Position numbers and translations under genes: made by a program
From: Verrucomicrobiota bacterium
GTDB lineage: Bacteria; Verrucomicrobiota; Verrucomicrobiia; Opitutales; Seribacteraceae
DNA length: 64,000 nt
NCBI GenBank assembly: GCA_027622665.1
Contig: JAQBYT010000001.1
Location: 32,001 to 96,000, forward strand
Direction of reading: 5' to 3'
The notes under the pieces: model-generated
What the model was told of the DNA's origin: nothing
What the model saw: only the letters and a program-made list of their open reading frames with translations
Database searches by the model: none
In this document: positions 1-8,875 of the stretch, one piece after another
How positions within the stretch are numbered: the stretch's first letter is position 1
Layout: each line of letters begins with the position of its first letter

Positions 1-1
1 C

Positions 2-181
2 CTTTACCATCGCCACCCCGAAGGTTACCCTACCCTGCGCATCGAAAACGGCCGACTCGACCTCACCACTCTCAACACCGCACCCTTCGGTCCCGCCCCA
101 AACCTCGACCTTTCCGATCTCGCCGAAGTGGACTTGAGCGACACCGACAACTTCGTCGCCACAGGTTTGCCAAACACTTGA
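2..181 (+). CDS. 3' end of a gene entering from the left edge (hypothetical; possibly enolase-superfamily-like C-terminus)
   Basis: Open frame from base 2 reads LYHRHPEGYPTLRIENGRLDLTTLNTAPFGPAPNLD...GLPNT and stops at TGA 179-181; C-ending codon bias. Confidence 0.55.
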   Translation, partial: LYHRHPEGYPTLRIENGRLDLTTLNTAPFGPAPNLDLSDLAEVDLSDTDNFVATGLPNT

Positions 182-351
182 CAGTCAATTAAAATTGATT
201 GCTTCTAGGTGTGCGGACCGTCAAGAAAACTGTTCCAACTCTCTTTGACAATGATCAGTGAAGGGGCTCAATCAAATCAGCACTCCTTTGTTATTCCCGT
301 CAGGACTTGTCATATTCCATGTAAAGAATTGTTCGACAAAAGATTTACGCG

Positions 352-709
352 ATGAAACGAACACCTGTTCGTTCTCACCATCACAGTAGTCACATTTTTG
401 TCTGCCTGCGGGACACTCGAAAAGAAGACCATCCTCATCAATCCAGGCGACACTAAGGAGAAAGTGCTGTCTATCATGGGACCGCCAGGTGATCGACAGT
501 TCCGAGGCAAAGACGAAGCATGGCAGTATGGTCAGACTGGAGCCGGTTTCGGATACCACGACTTCAGGATTATTTGGTTCTACGATGGCAAAGTTACAGG
601 TATCACATCCTACAAGGACAAAACTCCGGCATCGTCAGCAGCAGCTCATTTCAAGCCGATACGATGGGATGATGTGCCTGATCGAACAGTAGAATTTCGA
701 ATTCGGTGA
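352..709 (+). CDS. BamE/SmpA-like small lipoprotein; start appears frameshifted by 1 nt
   Basis: Hydrophobic stretch and lipobox HLFVLTITVVTFLSA-C are in frame with ORF 398..709; INPGDTKEKVLSIMGPP...EAWQY is SmpA/OmlA-like; ATG at 352 is one base out of frame. Confidence 0.6.
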
Positions 710-751
710 CACTCCAGAACGAAAAGCACAACAATCGCATCTATCTATCCC

Positions 752-2125
752 CTACCTCATCAACCGAAAGGTCGGGTTGATGGTTCGGGAGCTGGTCATT
801 AGACGGGACATTTCCTTGATTAGGTCGGGGTGTTTTTCGGCGAGGTTCTTGGTTTCGCCGATGTCGCTGGAAAGGTCGTAAAGTTCTATGGGTCCGTCGG
901 GCTTCTTACGAACGTTAAGGCGGACGGCTTTCCACTTCCCTTTGCGGATGGCTTGTTTGCCGCCCTGTTCGTGGAACTCCCAGTAAATGTATTCTCGCTT
1001 GGTCTGCTTGCTTTTCTCGCCTCTGAGAGTGGGTGCGAAGGAGACACCGTCGATGCCGTCGGGAGCAGATATTCCGGCGAGTTCGCAAAATGTAGGCAGA
1101 ACATCCCAACCCGCACCGATGTGGGAACTGGTCGAACCGGACTTGATTACGCCGGGCCACCATGCGGTGGTAGCTACGCGGATACCCCCTTCGTAGAGGT
1201 CTCGCTTGTAGCCACGCAGGGGACCGTTGCTGTCAAAGAAATCGGGTTTGTGACCTCCTTCCTTGTGAGGACCGTTGTCGGAGGTGAAGATGACAAGAGT
1301 GTCTTTGGCTATGCCTAGTTCGTTCAATAGGTCGAGGATACGCCCGACATCGTGGTCAAGAATGGTCATCATGCCGGCAAAGGCAGCGACGGGGTTGTTT
1401 ATAACGGCTCCCCCATATTTTCCCTTCACATCTTCAAACTCTTGAAATTTCTTGCGCCATGGAACCACGTGCTCCTCGGGTGCCTGCATGGCGGCATGGG
1501 GAATGGTGAAAGGGGCGTAGCAAAAGAAAGGCTTGTCCTTGTTCTTGCGGATGAACTTAAGACACTCCTCTGCAATCAGACTATGGGAGTAGGACTTGCG
1601 ATTCAGCTCAACCTTCGAGCGGTCACTCCAGAGATGGGTCGGATAGAAATTGTGAGCCTGACGCTGGCAGTTGTATCCGTAAAAGCGATCGAAGCCTTGA
1701 TTCATTGGATCGCCTTCGGAACCGGGAGCTCCGAGACCCCATTTGCCGAACATTCCCGAGACATACCCCGCCTTGCCGAGGACTTCGGGCATAGTGAGGG
1801 CGGAGTCGGCGAGGGGAGCCTGTCCCTCAGGCTGAACCTCGCGATTACCCCGAACCAATGCATGCCCAGTGTGCACACCCGTCATAAGGCTACAACGGGA
1901 CGGTGCGCAGACAGTGCTGGCCGCGTAAAAATCGGTGAACTTCATGCCCTCGGTTGCCATACGATCGACACTTGGCGTCTTAAAGTGCTTTTGCCCGAAG
2001 CAGGAGAAATCTCCGTAACCGGCGTCATCAACCATGATGTAGACGAAATTGGGCTTGCGGGCAGCAGCGTGGAAAAAAGTGAAAGCGGTGGCGCAAAGGA
2101 TGGCCAAGGCGTGAATGTGCTTCAT
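752..2125 (-). CDS. Arylsulfatase (S1 family, Cys-type), secreted
   Basis: Signal peptide from MKHIH (ATG 2125); KPNFVYIMVDDAGYGD, CAPSRCSLMTG, GKWGLG, SDNG, YEGGIRV. Confidence 0.93.
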   Translation of the reverse strand: MKHIHALAILCATAFTFFHAAARKPNFVYIMVDDAGYGDFSCFGQKHFKTPSVDRMATEGMKFTDFYAASTVCAPSRCSLMTGVHTGHALVRGNREVQPEGQAPLADSALTMPEVLGKAGYVSGMFGKWGLGAPGSEGDPMNQGFDRFYGYNCQRQAHNFYPTHLWSDRSKVELNRKSYSHSLIAEECLKFIRKNKDKPFFCYAPFTIPHAAMQAPEEHVVPWRKKFQEFEDVKGKYGGAVINNPVAAFAGMMTILDHDVGRILDLLNELGIAKDTLVIFTSDNGPHKEGGHKPDFFDSNGPLRGYKRDLYEGGIRVATTAWWPGVIKSGSTSSHIGAGWDVLPTFCELAGISAPDGIDGVSFAPTLRGEKSKQTKREYIYWEFHEQGGKQAIRKGKWKAVRLNVRKKPDGPIELYDLSSDIGETKNLAEKHPDLIKEMSRLMTSSRTINPTFRLMR

Positions 2126-2199
2126 GGTTCGGGCTTGTTTTGGATAAAGGTCAAAAGAAACAGGGATAATCTTCAAGACCGTGAGGTCACGCAGAAAGT

Positions 2200-2706
2200 T
2201 CATTTGCCGGGCAAGGGCTCTATGTAGATGAATTGACGGAACTTCCAGTCGCCATCGATCTTTCGCAAATTAATTTTGGCATGAAAGGATTCAACGCGGT
2301 TGGAAGCTCGAATATTGTCAGTTCCCTCAGCATGTACGTCGGCAGTGGTGGTGGCATCCGTCTCGCTCAAGGAAAGAATTTCGATATTTTCGAAACGGAG
2401 GCTGAGTCGCTTAGACTGAAGGCGGATTCGACCGTAGAGCTGCATAAGTTCTCGGTCGGTATATTGGCCCGCAAGTCTGGCTCGCCCACCAGTCTTTAGA
2501 TAAACTTGGGGGGCAAAGATATCACGGAAGTCTTCGAGAACGAGTGCATCGGCTATGGCAGAAGCTATGTCAGACTTTGATGCAATATCGGAAAGTTCCT
2601 CAAACCGAGCTAGAATCTGCTCCTCTTCAGTTGGATAAAACAACCAAAAGAGCAGGAGTGCGACCGTAAGGGATATTAGTGAAAATATGCCGATTCGGTT
2701 TCTCAT
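2200..2706 (-). CDS. Membrane-anchored hypothetical protein, NTF2/SnoaL-like fold
   Basis: N-terminal TM helix from MRNRIG (ATG 2706); C-terminal beta pattern ending ...LRKIDGDWKF typical of NTF2-like domains. Confidence 0.55.
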   Translation of the reverse strand: MRNRIGIFSLISLTVALLLFWLFYPTEEEQILARFEELSDIASKSDIASAIADALVLEDFRDIFAPQVYLKTGGRARLAGQYTDRELMQLYGRIRLQSKRLSLRFENIEILSLSETDATTTADVHAEGTDNIRASNRVESFHAKINLRKIDGDWKFRQFIYIEPLPGK

Positions 2707-2774
2707 TGAGGTCTTGAGGATTCTGACAAGGAAAGGCGCAGGGAAAAAGTCCCCTTCTTGCTTCACTTCATGAA

Positions 2775-2954
2775 ATGATAAAAGACGGAGGTGATGAAGC
2801 TCCCATTCTGCATAACCTAAGTTACGAGCCAAGCGAACGGTTTGACGTTTCAGCCGAGCACCCAAAAACACTCGCCGCAATCGCTATGGGCAAAGCCGCC
2901 GTCAAGCGGGTGGAGAAACCGCTGACCAAGGGTTGGCTAACGTACGAAGACTAG
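2775..2954 (+). pseudogene. Relic of a sulfatase C-terminus
   Basis: Reads PILHNLSYEPSERFDVSAEHPKTLAAI, resembling the sulfatase C-terminal LYNLxxDPxExxNxAxxHP motif; no catalytic domain upstream. Confidence 0.4.
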
Positions 2955-3152
2955 GCCCGTCTGGCCTTTTTCACCGTAGAAAACGAATTTCAGGTTGTAG
3001 CCGCCGTTGAGCAAATCCGCAGAACGAATTCTATAATCGCGAGATTGTTCGGGATAAATGATCTGTAAATCGTGACGGGTGGCTTGTCCCGAGAAAATGA
3101 CTGCAGATAGAATAAGAATAATACCGACTAGACCGTAGTGGAGTTTTTTCAT
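2937..3152 (-). CDS. Small secreted or membrane hypothetical protein
   Basis: 71-aa ORF, MKK plus hydrophobic signal, same strand as apbE. Confidence 0.6.
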   Translation of the reverse strand: MKKLHYGLVGIILILSAVIFSGQATRHDLQIIYPEQSRDYRIRSADLLNGGYNLKFVFYGEKGQTGLVFVR

Positions 3153-3212
3153 AGGTTTGTTTTTTATTACTTTTAGGTGATAAGATTTTCTGTGAGGAAA
3201 AGCTAAGGCTCG

Positions 3213-4193
3213 TTACTTTCCTCTCGCTACGCAAAGGGTTCGTTGATCGCCAACGCCTTCCACAAAATAGGCTCTGACTCCAGATAGTTTTTGCACAAAC
3301 TTGGTGCCTTTTTTAGTCCCCAGCACACTGAGAACCGAGGCAAGAGAGTCTGCATGGATTCCTGTCGACGTCACCACCGTGACCTGAATTCGCGTAGTGA
3401 GACCGATGCCGGTACTTGGATCTATAAGGTGGGAGTAACGTTTGCCGGTGATTTCAACGAATTGCTCCACGTCGCCAGAAGTAGCTACGGCGCAACGGGC
3501 CAATTCCAAAACAGGGAGGTCGGGATGCTTGAGACCCCCAATCTCGATTCGCCAACCTTTCCGGCCTGGAGGGGGATCACCTAGCACCAAATCGCCCCCG
3601 GCGTCCACCAGGACCGATCCAATGCCTCGCTTTCCCAAAATCATAAGGGCTTTTTCGGCGACGTATCCCTTTGCGATGCCTCCAAGATCGAGCACCATGT
3701 TTGGAACCTCTAAAAAAGCAGTTTGTTTTGTATGTGAAATGTTCAGATGCCGAAAGCCGACCGCCTTGCGAGCTTCCGCAAGCTTTTCGGGAAGAGGGAA
3801 AGTCTTTCGAAAACGGGCAATGCGCCAAAGACGCACACAGGGTCCAATCGTGATGTCGAAGGCACCTGCCGTTTGACGAGAAAGTTTTTGGGAGGCATCA
3901 AGCACAGCGAAGAGATCATCGCTGAGTAGAAAGTGTCGTTCCGAGCCGGAAGTATCAGAAAGACGACTGAGTTCACTTTCGGGGTCATAGTCACTGAGAA
4001 TGGAATTGAGGCGTTCGACCTCAGCAAAAGCGGCAGTGGCGGCTTCATTAGCAACCTTTTCGCTCTCTGCATAGAGAACAATGCGGAAATCCGCACCCAT
4101 TTGCTTTTCGACGAAAGCAAAGCGGGTCTGCTCGGCCAGAGAGACCTCAAGCATAACCCGAAAAAGCATTAAAGCTATTGCAAGGAATCGCAT
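3213..4193 (-). CDS. apbE: FAD:protein FMN transferase (ApbE family)
   Basis: MGADFRI, LSDYDPESELSRL, GAFDITIGP, LDLGGIAKGY, DAGGD, VATSGD, YSHLIDP, ADSLAS; N-terminal signal. Confidence 0.93.
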   Translation of the reverse strand: MRFLAIALMLFRVMLEVSLAEQTRFAFVEKQMGADFRIVLYAESEKVANEAATAAFAEVERLNSILSDYDPESELSRLSDTSGSERHFLLSDDLFAVLDASQKLSRQTAGAFDITIGPCVRLWRIARFRKTFPLPEKLAEARKAVGFRHLNISHTKQTAFLEVPNMVLDLGGIAKGYVAEKALMILGKRGIGSVLVDAGGDLVLGDPPPGRKGWRIEIGGLKHPDLPVLELARCAVATSGDVEQFVEITGKRYSHLIDPSTGIGLTTRIQVTVVTSTGIHADSLASVLSVLGTKKGTKFVQKLSGVRAYFVEGVGDQRTLCVARGK

Positions 4194-4313
4194 ATTATAT
4201 AATTTCGCATAACCTGAGCCTTCCTACAACAGAGCTTTTTTCTTCACACTTCGAAAGGTTTTTGGGATAAAGGTCGGTTTACCCTATATTTGATAGTTAG
4301 AATAAACAATATA

Positions 4314-6047
4314 ATGAAACGGTATCATTTACATTTCCTTACGCACCTAAGTGCAAGTCTAGGCCTGTTTGGCTCATTGGCAGCTGAAGTCGACTTTGTT
4401 CGCGACGTAAAGCCTGTGCTGGAGTTCAACTGCGTGAGCTGTCATCGAGCCGACAACGCTAAAGGCAAACTTCGCCTCGATGAAAAAGCATTCGCGTTTA
4501 AGTCAAAGGAAGTAATTTCTCCCGGCGACCCCGACGAAAGCTCCCTCTATTGGATGACGACACTCCCCCCGGATGACGATGAGATCATGCCCCCGATTAA
4601 GCATGAGGACAAGGATTACCCTCTTCGTAAACCTGAGCAAGCAATCCTTAAGGAATGGATCAAGGAAGGAGCCAAGTGGCCCGACGGGGTAAAACTGACG
4701 CCACAAAAGCGTCTGCCCCAAAAGATCTCCTTTGTGAATGACGTACAGCCCATTCTCGAGATCAATTGCCTAAAATGTCACCGCAAGGACAAGGCCGAGG
4801 GCAAACTGCGACTGGACACCTTTGAGCACGCCTTCGCCAAGGAAGAGGTAATCGTGCCCGGCGACCCCGTGGCCAGCGATCTATGGTTCCTCTGCACTTT
4901 ACCGATGGATGACGAGGACAGGATGCCTCCCGAAGAAAACGACCTCCTCGACCCCGCCGATCTATTCATGCTTCGCAGATGGATTGAGGAAGGGGCTGAA
5001 TGGCCTGAGGACATTACCCTTAAAGCCAAAAAGAAATCTTTCACTCTTTTGGGAATGTTGCCAAAGGAACTGTACCAAAAATTAGGATTTAAGCCTGGAG
5101 CGGTCAATGGAGACTTCAAAGGTTACACGCAAGAGATTCCGACCTCAGACGCATCGTTCGACTTGCTCCCGATTAAGGGAGGAACCTTTACGATGGGCAG
5201 CCCAAAGAATGACCCCAACCGGGGAAAAGAAGAACAGCTCGCTCACAAAGTAAAGGTGAATGATTTCTGGATGGCCAAGCACGAATTGACTTGGGACGAA
5301 TACGAGCTCTGGATGCTCAATCTCGACAAGGACAACCGAAAGTACAAGAAGCTTGATCCTACTTTTGCCGATGGGCTCTCGGATGGAGTAACCAAGCCGA
5401 CGGCACCTTACACCGACATGACGTTCGGAATGGGCAAGAACGGTTACCCCGCCATTTGCATGACACAACTCGCCGCCAAGATGTACAGTATGTGGCTAAG
5501 CGCAAGAACCGGTAGGTTTTATCGTTTGCCGACCGAGGCTGAGTGGGAATACGCCTGCAAGGCAGGCACCGAAACCGCATATAGCTTTGGCAACGATAAA
5601 GGGGAACTATCGAAACACTCTTGGCATCTTGGAAATAGTCGATTCAAGTATCAGAAAGTTGGCCAAAAACCGGCCAACCCTTGGGGTCTGCACGATATGC
5701 ACGGTAATGTTTGGGAATGGGTGCTCGATCAATACGCGCCTCCTGCAGAATCAGTGTTCAAGGGTCTAACGGAAAATCCTTTGGTGGCTCCCAACACCCT
5801 CTATCCAAGGGTAGTCAAGGGAGGATCTTGGGACGATGGATCGACTAAGCATCGAAGTGCTGCCCGCATGGGTTCCAACGAGGCATGGAAACAGCAAGAT
5901 CCTCAAATCCCTAAAAGCGTCTGGTATCATACCGATGCCATCTTCGTAGGCTTTCGCTTAGTCCGCCCCAGAGAGATACCCACTATTTCGGACATAGAAA
6001 AATTTTGGCCTTCCGAAGAAGATATTAAAGCTATCCCAAGTCGCTGA
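4314..6047 (+). CDS. Secreted fusion of two planctomycete-type cytochrome c domains and an FGE/SUMF1-fold domain
   Basis: Signal peptide; two repeats with CVSCH and CLKCH, KLRLD, PGDP, MPP and WIxEGA; then GGTFTMGS, RLPTEAEWEYAC, NPWGLHDMHGNVWEW, RVVKGGSW, GFRLV. Confidence 0.9.
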   Translation: MKRYHLHFLTHLSASLGLFGSLAAEVDFVRDVKPVLEFNCVSCHRADNAKGKLRLDEKAFAFKSKEVISPGDPDESSLYWMTTLPPDDDEIMPPIKHEDKDYPLRKPEQAILKEWIKEGAKWPDGVKLTPQKRLPQKISFVNDVQPILEINCLKCHRKDKAEGKLRLDTFEHAFAKEEVIVPGDPVASDLWFLCTLPMDDEDRMPPEENDLLDPADLFMLRRWIEEGAEWPEDITLKAKKKSFTLLGMLPKELYQKLGFKPGAVNGDFKGYTQEIPTSDASFDLLPIKGGTFTMGSPKNDPNRGKEEQLAHKVKVNDFWMAKHELTWDEYELWMLNLDKDNRKYKKLDPTFADGLSDGVTKPTAPYTDMTFGMGKNGYPAICMTQLAAKMYSMWLSARTGRFYRLPTEAEWEYACKAGTETAYSFGNDKGELSKHSWHLGNSRFKYQKVGQKPANPWGLHDMHGNVWEWVLDQYAPPAESVFKGLTENPLVAPNTLYPRVVKGGSWDDGSTKHRSAARMGSNEAWKQQDPQIPKSVWYHTDAIFVGFRLVRPREIPTISDIEKFWPSEEDIKAIPSR

Positions 6048-6168
6048 ACCGTGCACTTCATTGGGTTCGGGTTCCCGAAAAAACATGAGATTCAACCCTA
6101 GCTTTTCCGTTGCCTTTAATAATCCCATCTCTCAGATTTAGACCTCAACCTCCCTAGGAAAAAATATC

Positions 6169-7224
6169 ATGTTAATTCGCTTCGTTATCTCTCCTTGCTT
6201 GGCCCTACTTGCCGCCGCGACCCTCGCAATCGCAGCCCCGAAAAACTTCGGTGGAACTTTCACCGACATTGAAGACCCGAACCTCCCGGTTGATTTTAAT
6301 TACCAAGGAGAATATGAGGGAGAAGGCCTTGGCGCCCAAGTTATCGCCCTCGACAAAGGGGCGTTCCAGACCGTTCTTTATCCGGGTGGTCTGCCGGGAG
6401 CCGGTTGGGATGGCAAAAACAAGATTCTGCTTGAGGGAAAACTCGAAGGGAAAGCCGTTGTTCTGCATGCCGCCAAGGGGAAAAAGCGTTACCTCGGAAA
6501 TTCCCCCAACGAGTTCAGCGCAACCAAACAATTCCCTCCAAATGGTCACAAGGAATATTCCGGTGTGATCTCGGGAGGGAAACTCGAAGGGAAGACCGAG
6601 AAAGGCAAAGCTTTTTCCCTAACCAAGGCAAACCGCGTAAGCCCTACCATGGGCAAAAAGTCACCCAAAGGCGGCATCGTACTCTTCGATGGTTCAAGCA
6701 AAGAAGAATGGCAAGGTGGCCGCGTTGACGAGAAAACAAAACTTCTCAACACCGACGGCAGCGACATTAGTACTAAGCGTAAGTTCAACGACTATCTTAT
6801 GCATATCGAATTTCTCCTTCCCTACCGTCCCGCCGCACGAGGACAAGGTCGCGGTAACAGCGGTTTCTACCATGTGGACCACTACGAGATGCAAATTCTC
6901 GACTCCTTCGGGCTCGAGGGGCTCAACAACGAATGCGGTGGCATCTATTCGAAGAAAGCCTCCGACGTAAACGGATGCTTTCCACCGCTTAGCTGGCAAA
7001 CCTACGACGTAGATTTCAAGAACGCTCGCTCCAAGAACGGTAAAAAAACGGCAAATGCCATTCTTACCGCTCGTTTAAACAGTATCCTTATCCACAACGG
7101 ATATGAAATCCCAGGTAAGACCGGAGGGTCACGTGCTGATCCCGAAGGAACTCCCGGACCGATTAAATTACAAGGGCACGGGAATCCACTCCAGTTTCGC
7201 AACATCTGGATCTTGGAAAAGTAA
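6169..7224 (+). CDS. DUF1080 (3-keto-disaccharide hydrolase family) protein, secreted
   Basis: Signal peptide; VLFDG, HIEF, GNSGFY, YEMQILDSFG, WQTYDVDF, GPIKLQGHGNPLQFRNIW. Confidence 0.9.
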   Translation: MLIRFVISPCLALLAAATLAIAAPKNFGGTFTDIEDPNLPVDFNYQGEYEGEGLGAQVIALDKGAFQTVLYPGGLPGAGWDGKNKILLEGKLEGKAVVLHAAKGKKRYLGNSPNEFSATKQFPPNGHKEYSGVISGGKLEGKTEKGKAFSLTKANRVSPTMGKKSPKGGIVLFDGSSKEEWQGGRVDEKTKLLNTDGSDISTKRKFNDYLMHIEFLLPYRPAARGQGRGNSGFYHVDHYEMQILDSFGLEGLNNECGGIYSKKASDVNGCFPPLSWQTYDVDFKNARSKNGKKTANAILTARLNSILIHNGYEIPGKTGGSRADPEGTPGPIKLQGHGNPLQFRNIWILEK

Positions 7225-7448
7225 AGTTTCGCATCCCCCAGTCCAAGCGAAGTAATTCCATTTTGGATGGTCGCCTTTGACGGTGCCGGAAAAAGGTGCA
7301 TTGAAACAAGTTCTTTGGGGGCACTAGCTACATCACCCACACTTGAAGCCTAGCCTTAACCCTCGGCAAACGATTTCTTTGGATCACCGCATCACCTCGA
7401 AAAACCTGTCTTGAACGATGACCCGAAAGGGATTTCAGTAACTTTTTC

Positions 7449-7817
7449 ATGCTGAATCCCTTGCTGAACAACTCCCTCGTACGCGAACAGGATCGCCGCC
7501 GCTATGCAGATGGGGACATGGCGCTCACCGTTTGGTTCGACGCACATGGCGGAATCTTTGCCTTCGAATTGATATTTGATCTCTTGCTTGAGGAATACGC
7601 AGTTCGTCATACTAGAGGCAAACTGGGCAAATACTTAAAAATTTCAGAAGGAGAGCTCAAGCCGGGTAGACACCAAAAACAAGTTTTAGGCTCACAAAAC
7701 TATTCACTACCGTCATCACGCTTGGAAAATTTTGAAGCTCGAGCCAACAACCTTCCAATGAAGATTCGCGAACATATAAGCGAATCTCTCTCGAGGATGA
7801 TTGCCGAAGGGGAGTAG
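7449..7817 (+). CDS. Hypothetical protein
   Basis: 122-aa ORF filling the gap, co-oriented with neighbours. Confidence 0.6.
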   Translation: MLNPLLNNSLVREQDRRRYADGDMALTVWFDAHGGIFAFELIFDLLLEEYAVRHTRGKLGKYLKISEGELKPGRHQKQVLGSQNYSLPSSRLENFEARANNLPMKIREHISESLSRMIAEGE

Positions 7818-7898
7818 ACGAAGATTGACGATTAAGGCACCAATCATGAGAACAAAATAGCTTTCGATCAAATCCTCAATGCCAAGCAACAAGAAATT

Positions 7899-8840
7899 AT
7901 GTATAAAATACTCATCAGTTCAATTCTCAGCATCAGCTCGGTTGGCTTTCTCTTTCCAGAAAAAGGCACTGCCTCAGTTGTGCTTAAAAAGGACGACGTC
8001 GCAGTTGTTGTTACGGTGGACGGCAAACTCTTCACCAAATACGTCTACAATGACGAGAAGCGAGCGAAGCCAATCTTGTACCCGGTGATAGGGCCGAACG
8101 ACATTCCCATGACTAGACGATACCCAATTGAAGAAGCCGGAGAGGGAGAAGCCAAGGATCACCCTCACCATGCCTCGCTTTGGTATACTCACGGGGAAGT
8201 AAACGGTATCAGCTTTTGGCACATCGGGAAGGATACCGGAAAAATTATCCACGAAAAATTCCTAAAACTGGAAGGTAACGTCATCGCCACTCGAAACAAG
8301 TGGGTTGATTCAAAGGGGCAGGTCGTGTGCCGTGACGAGAGCATGCTCGCTTTTCACGGTGAAGGCGACGACAGGGCAATCGACGTAACGGTAAAGATTC
8401 TCGCCGATTCCGGCGACGTCACTTTCGGCGACACGAAGGAAGGGTCAATGGGGATAAGGTCCAACCCGATTCTTCGCCTAAAAGGATCGGTCGCCAAAGG
8501 CAAAGCACTCAACAGCGCCGGCGACACTGGCCAGGCGCTGTGGGGGAAACGGGCCTCTTGGGTCTCCTACTGGGCCCCACTGGACAAAAAAGTGGTTGGC
8601 TTCTCCATCTTCGATCATCCCACCAATCCCAGACACCCGACTTGGTGGCACGCCCGCGACTACGGCTTAGTAGCCGCCAATCCTTTCGGAATCCACAACT
8701 TCGAAAGAAAACCAAAGGGTACGGGGGACATGAAAGTAAAGAATGGTGAGTCCGTAACCTTCCGCTATCGTTTTCTCTTTCATGCAAATGACGCCAAAAC
8801 CGCAGGCATTGCAAAAAGGTACGAGGATTGGGCGAAATAG
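7899..8840 (+). CDS. PmoA-family/DUF6807-like secreted protein (not a true methane monooxygenase)
   Basis: KPILYPV, DHPHHASLW, FGDTKEG, DHPTNPRHPTWWHARDYGL, NPFG. Confidence 0.85.
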   Translation: MYKILISSILSISSVGFLFPEKGTASVVLKKDDVAVVVTVDGKLFTKYVYNDEKRAKPILYPVIGPNDIPMTRRYPIEEAGEGEAKDHPHHASLWYTHGEVNGISFWHIGKDTGKIIHEKFLKLEGNVIATRNKWVDSKGQVVCRDESMLAFHGEGDDRAIDVTVKILADSGDVTFGDTKEGSMGIRSNPILRLKGSVAKGKALNSAGDTGQALWGKRASWVSYWAPLDKKVVGFSIFDHPTNPRHPTWWHARDYGLVAANPFGIHNFERKPKGTGDMKVKNGESVTFRYRFLFHANDAKTAGIAKRYEDWAK

Positions 8841-8875
8841 AACGGGAGGCTATGCCCGTGGGGCAAAAATCTGCT

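Noticed and set aside
4314..6047. Calling the FGE-fold protein the sulfatase-maturing enzyme
   Set aside because: The catalytic Cys pair after RVxKGGS is absent
6066..6083. Hairpin TTCGGG-TT-CCCGAA, plus weak hairpins near 182-201, 33476-33506 and 62112-62139
   Set aside because: Short or mismatched stems, or no U-tract on the relevant strand; not enough to call terminators
7899..8840. Methane oxidation implied by the PmoA family name
   Set aside because: Soluble secreted protein with no TM helices and no pmoB/pmoC; the family name is misleading
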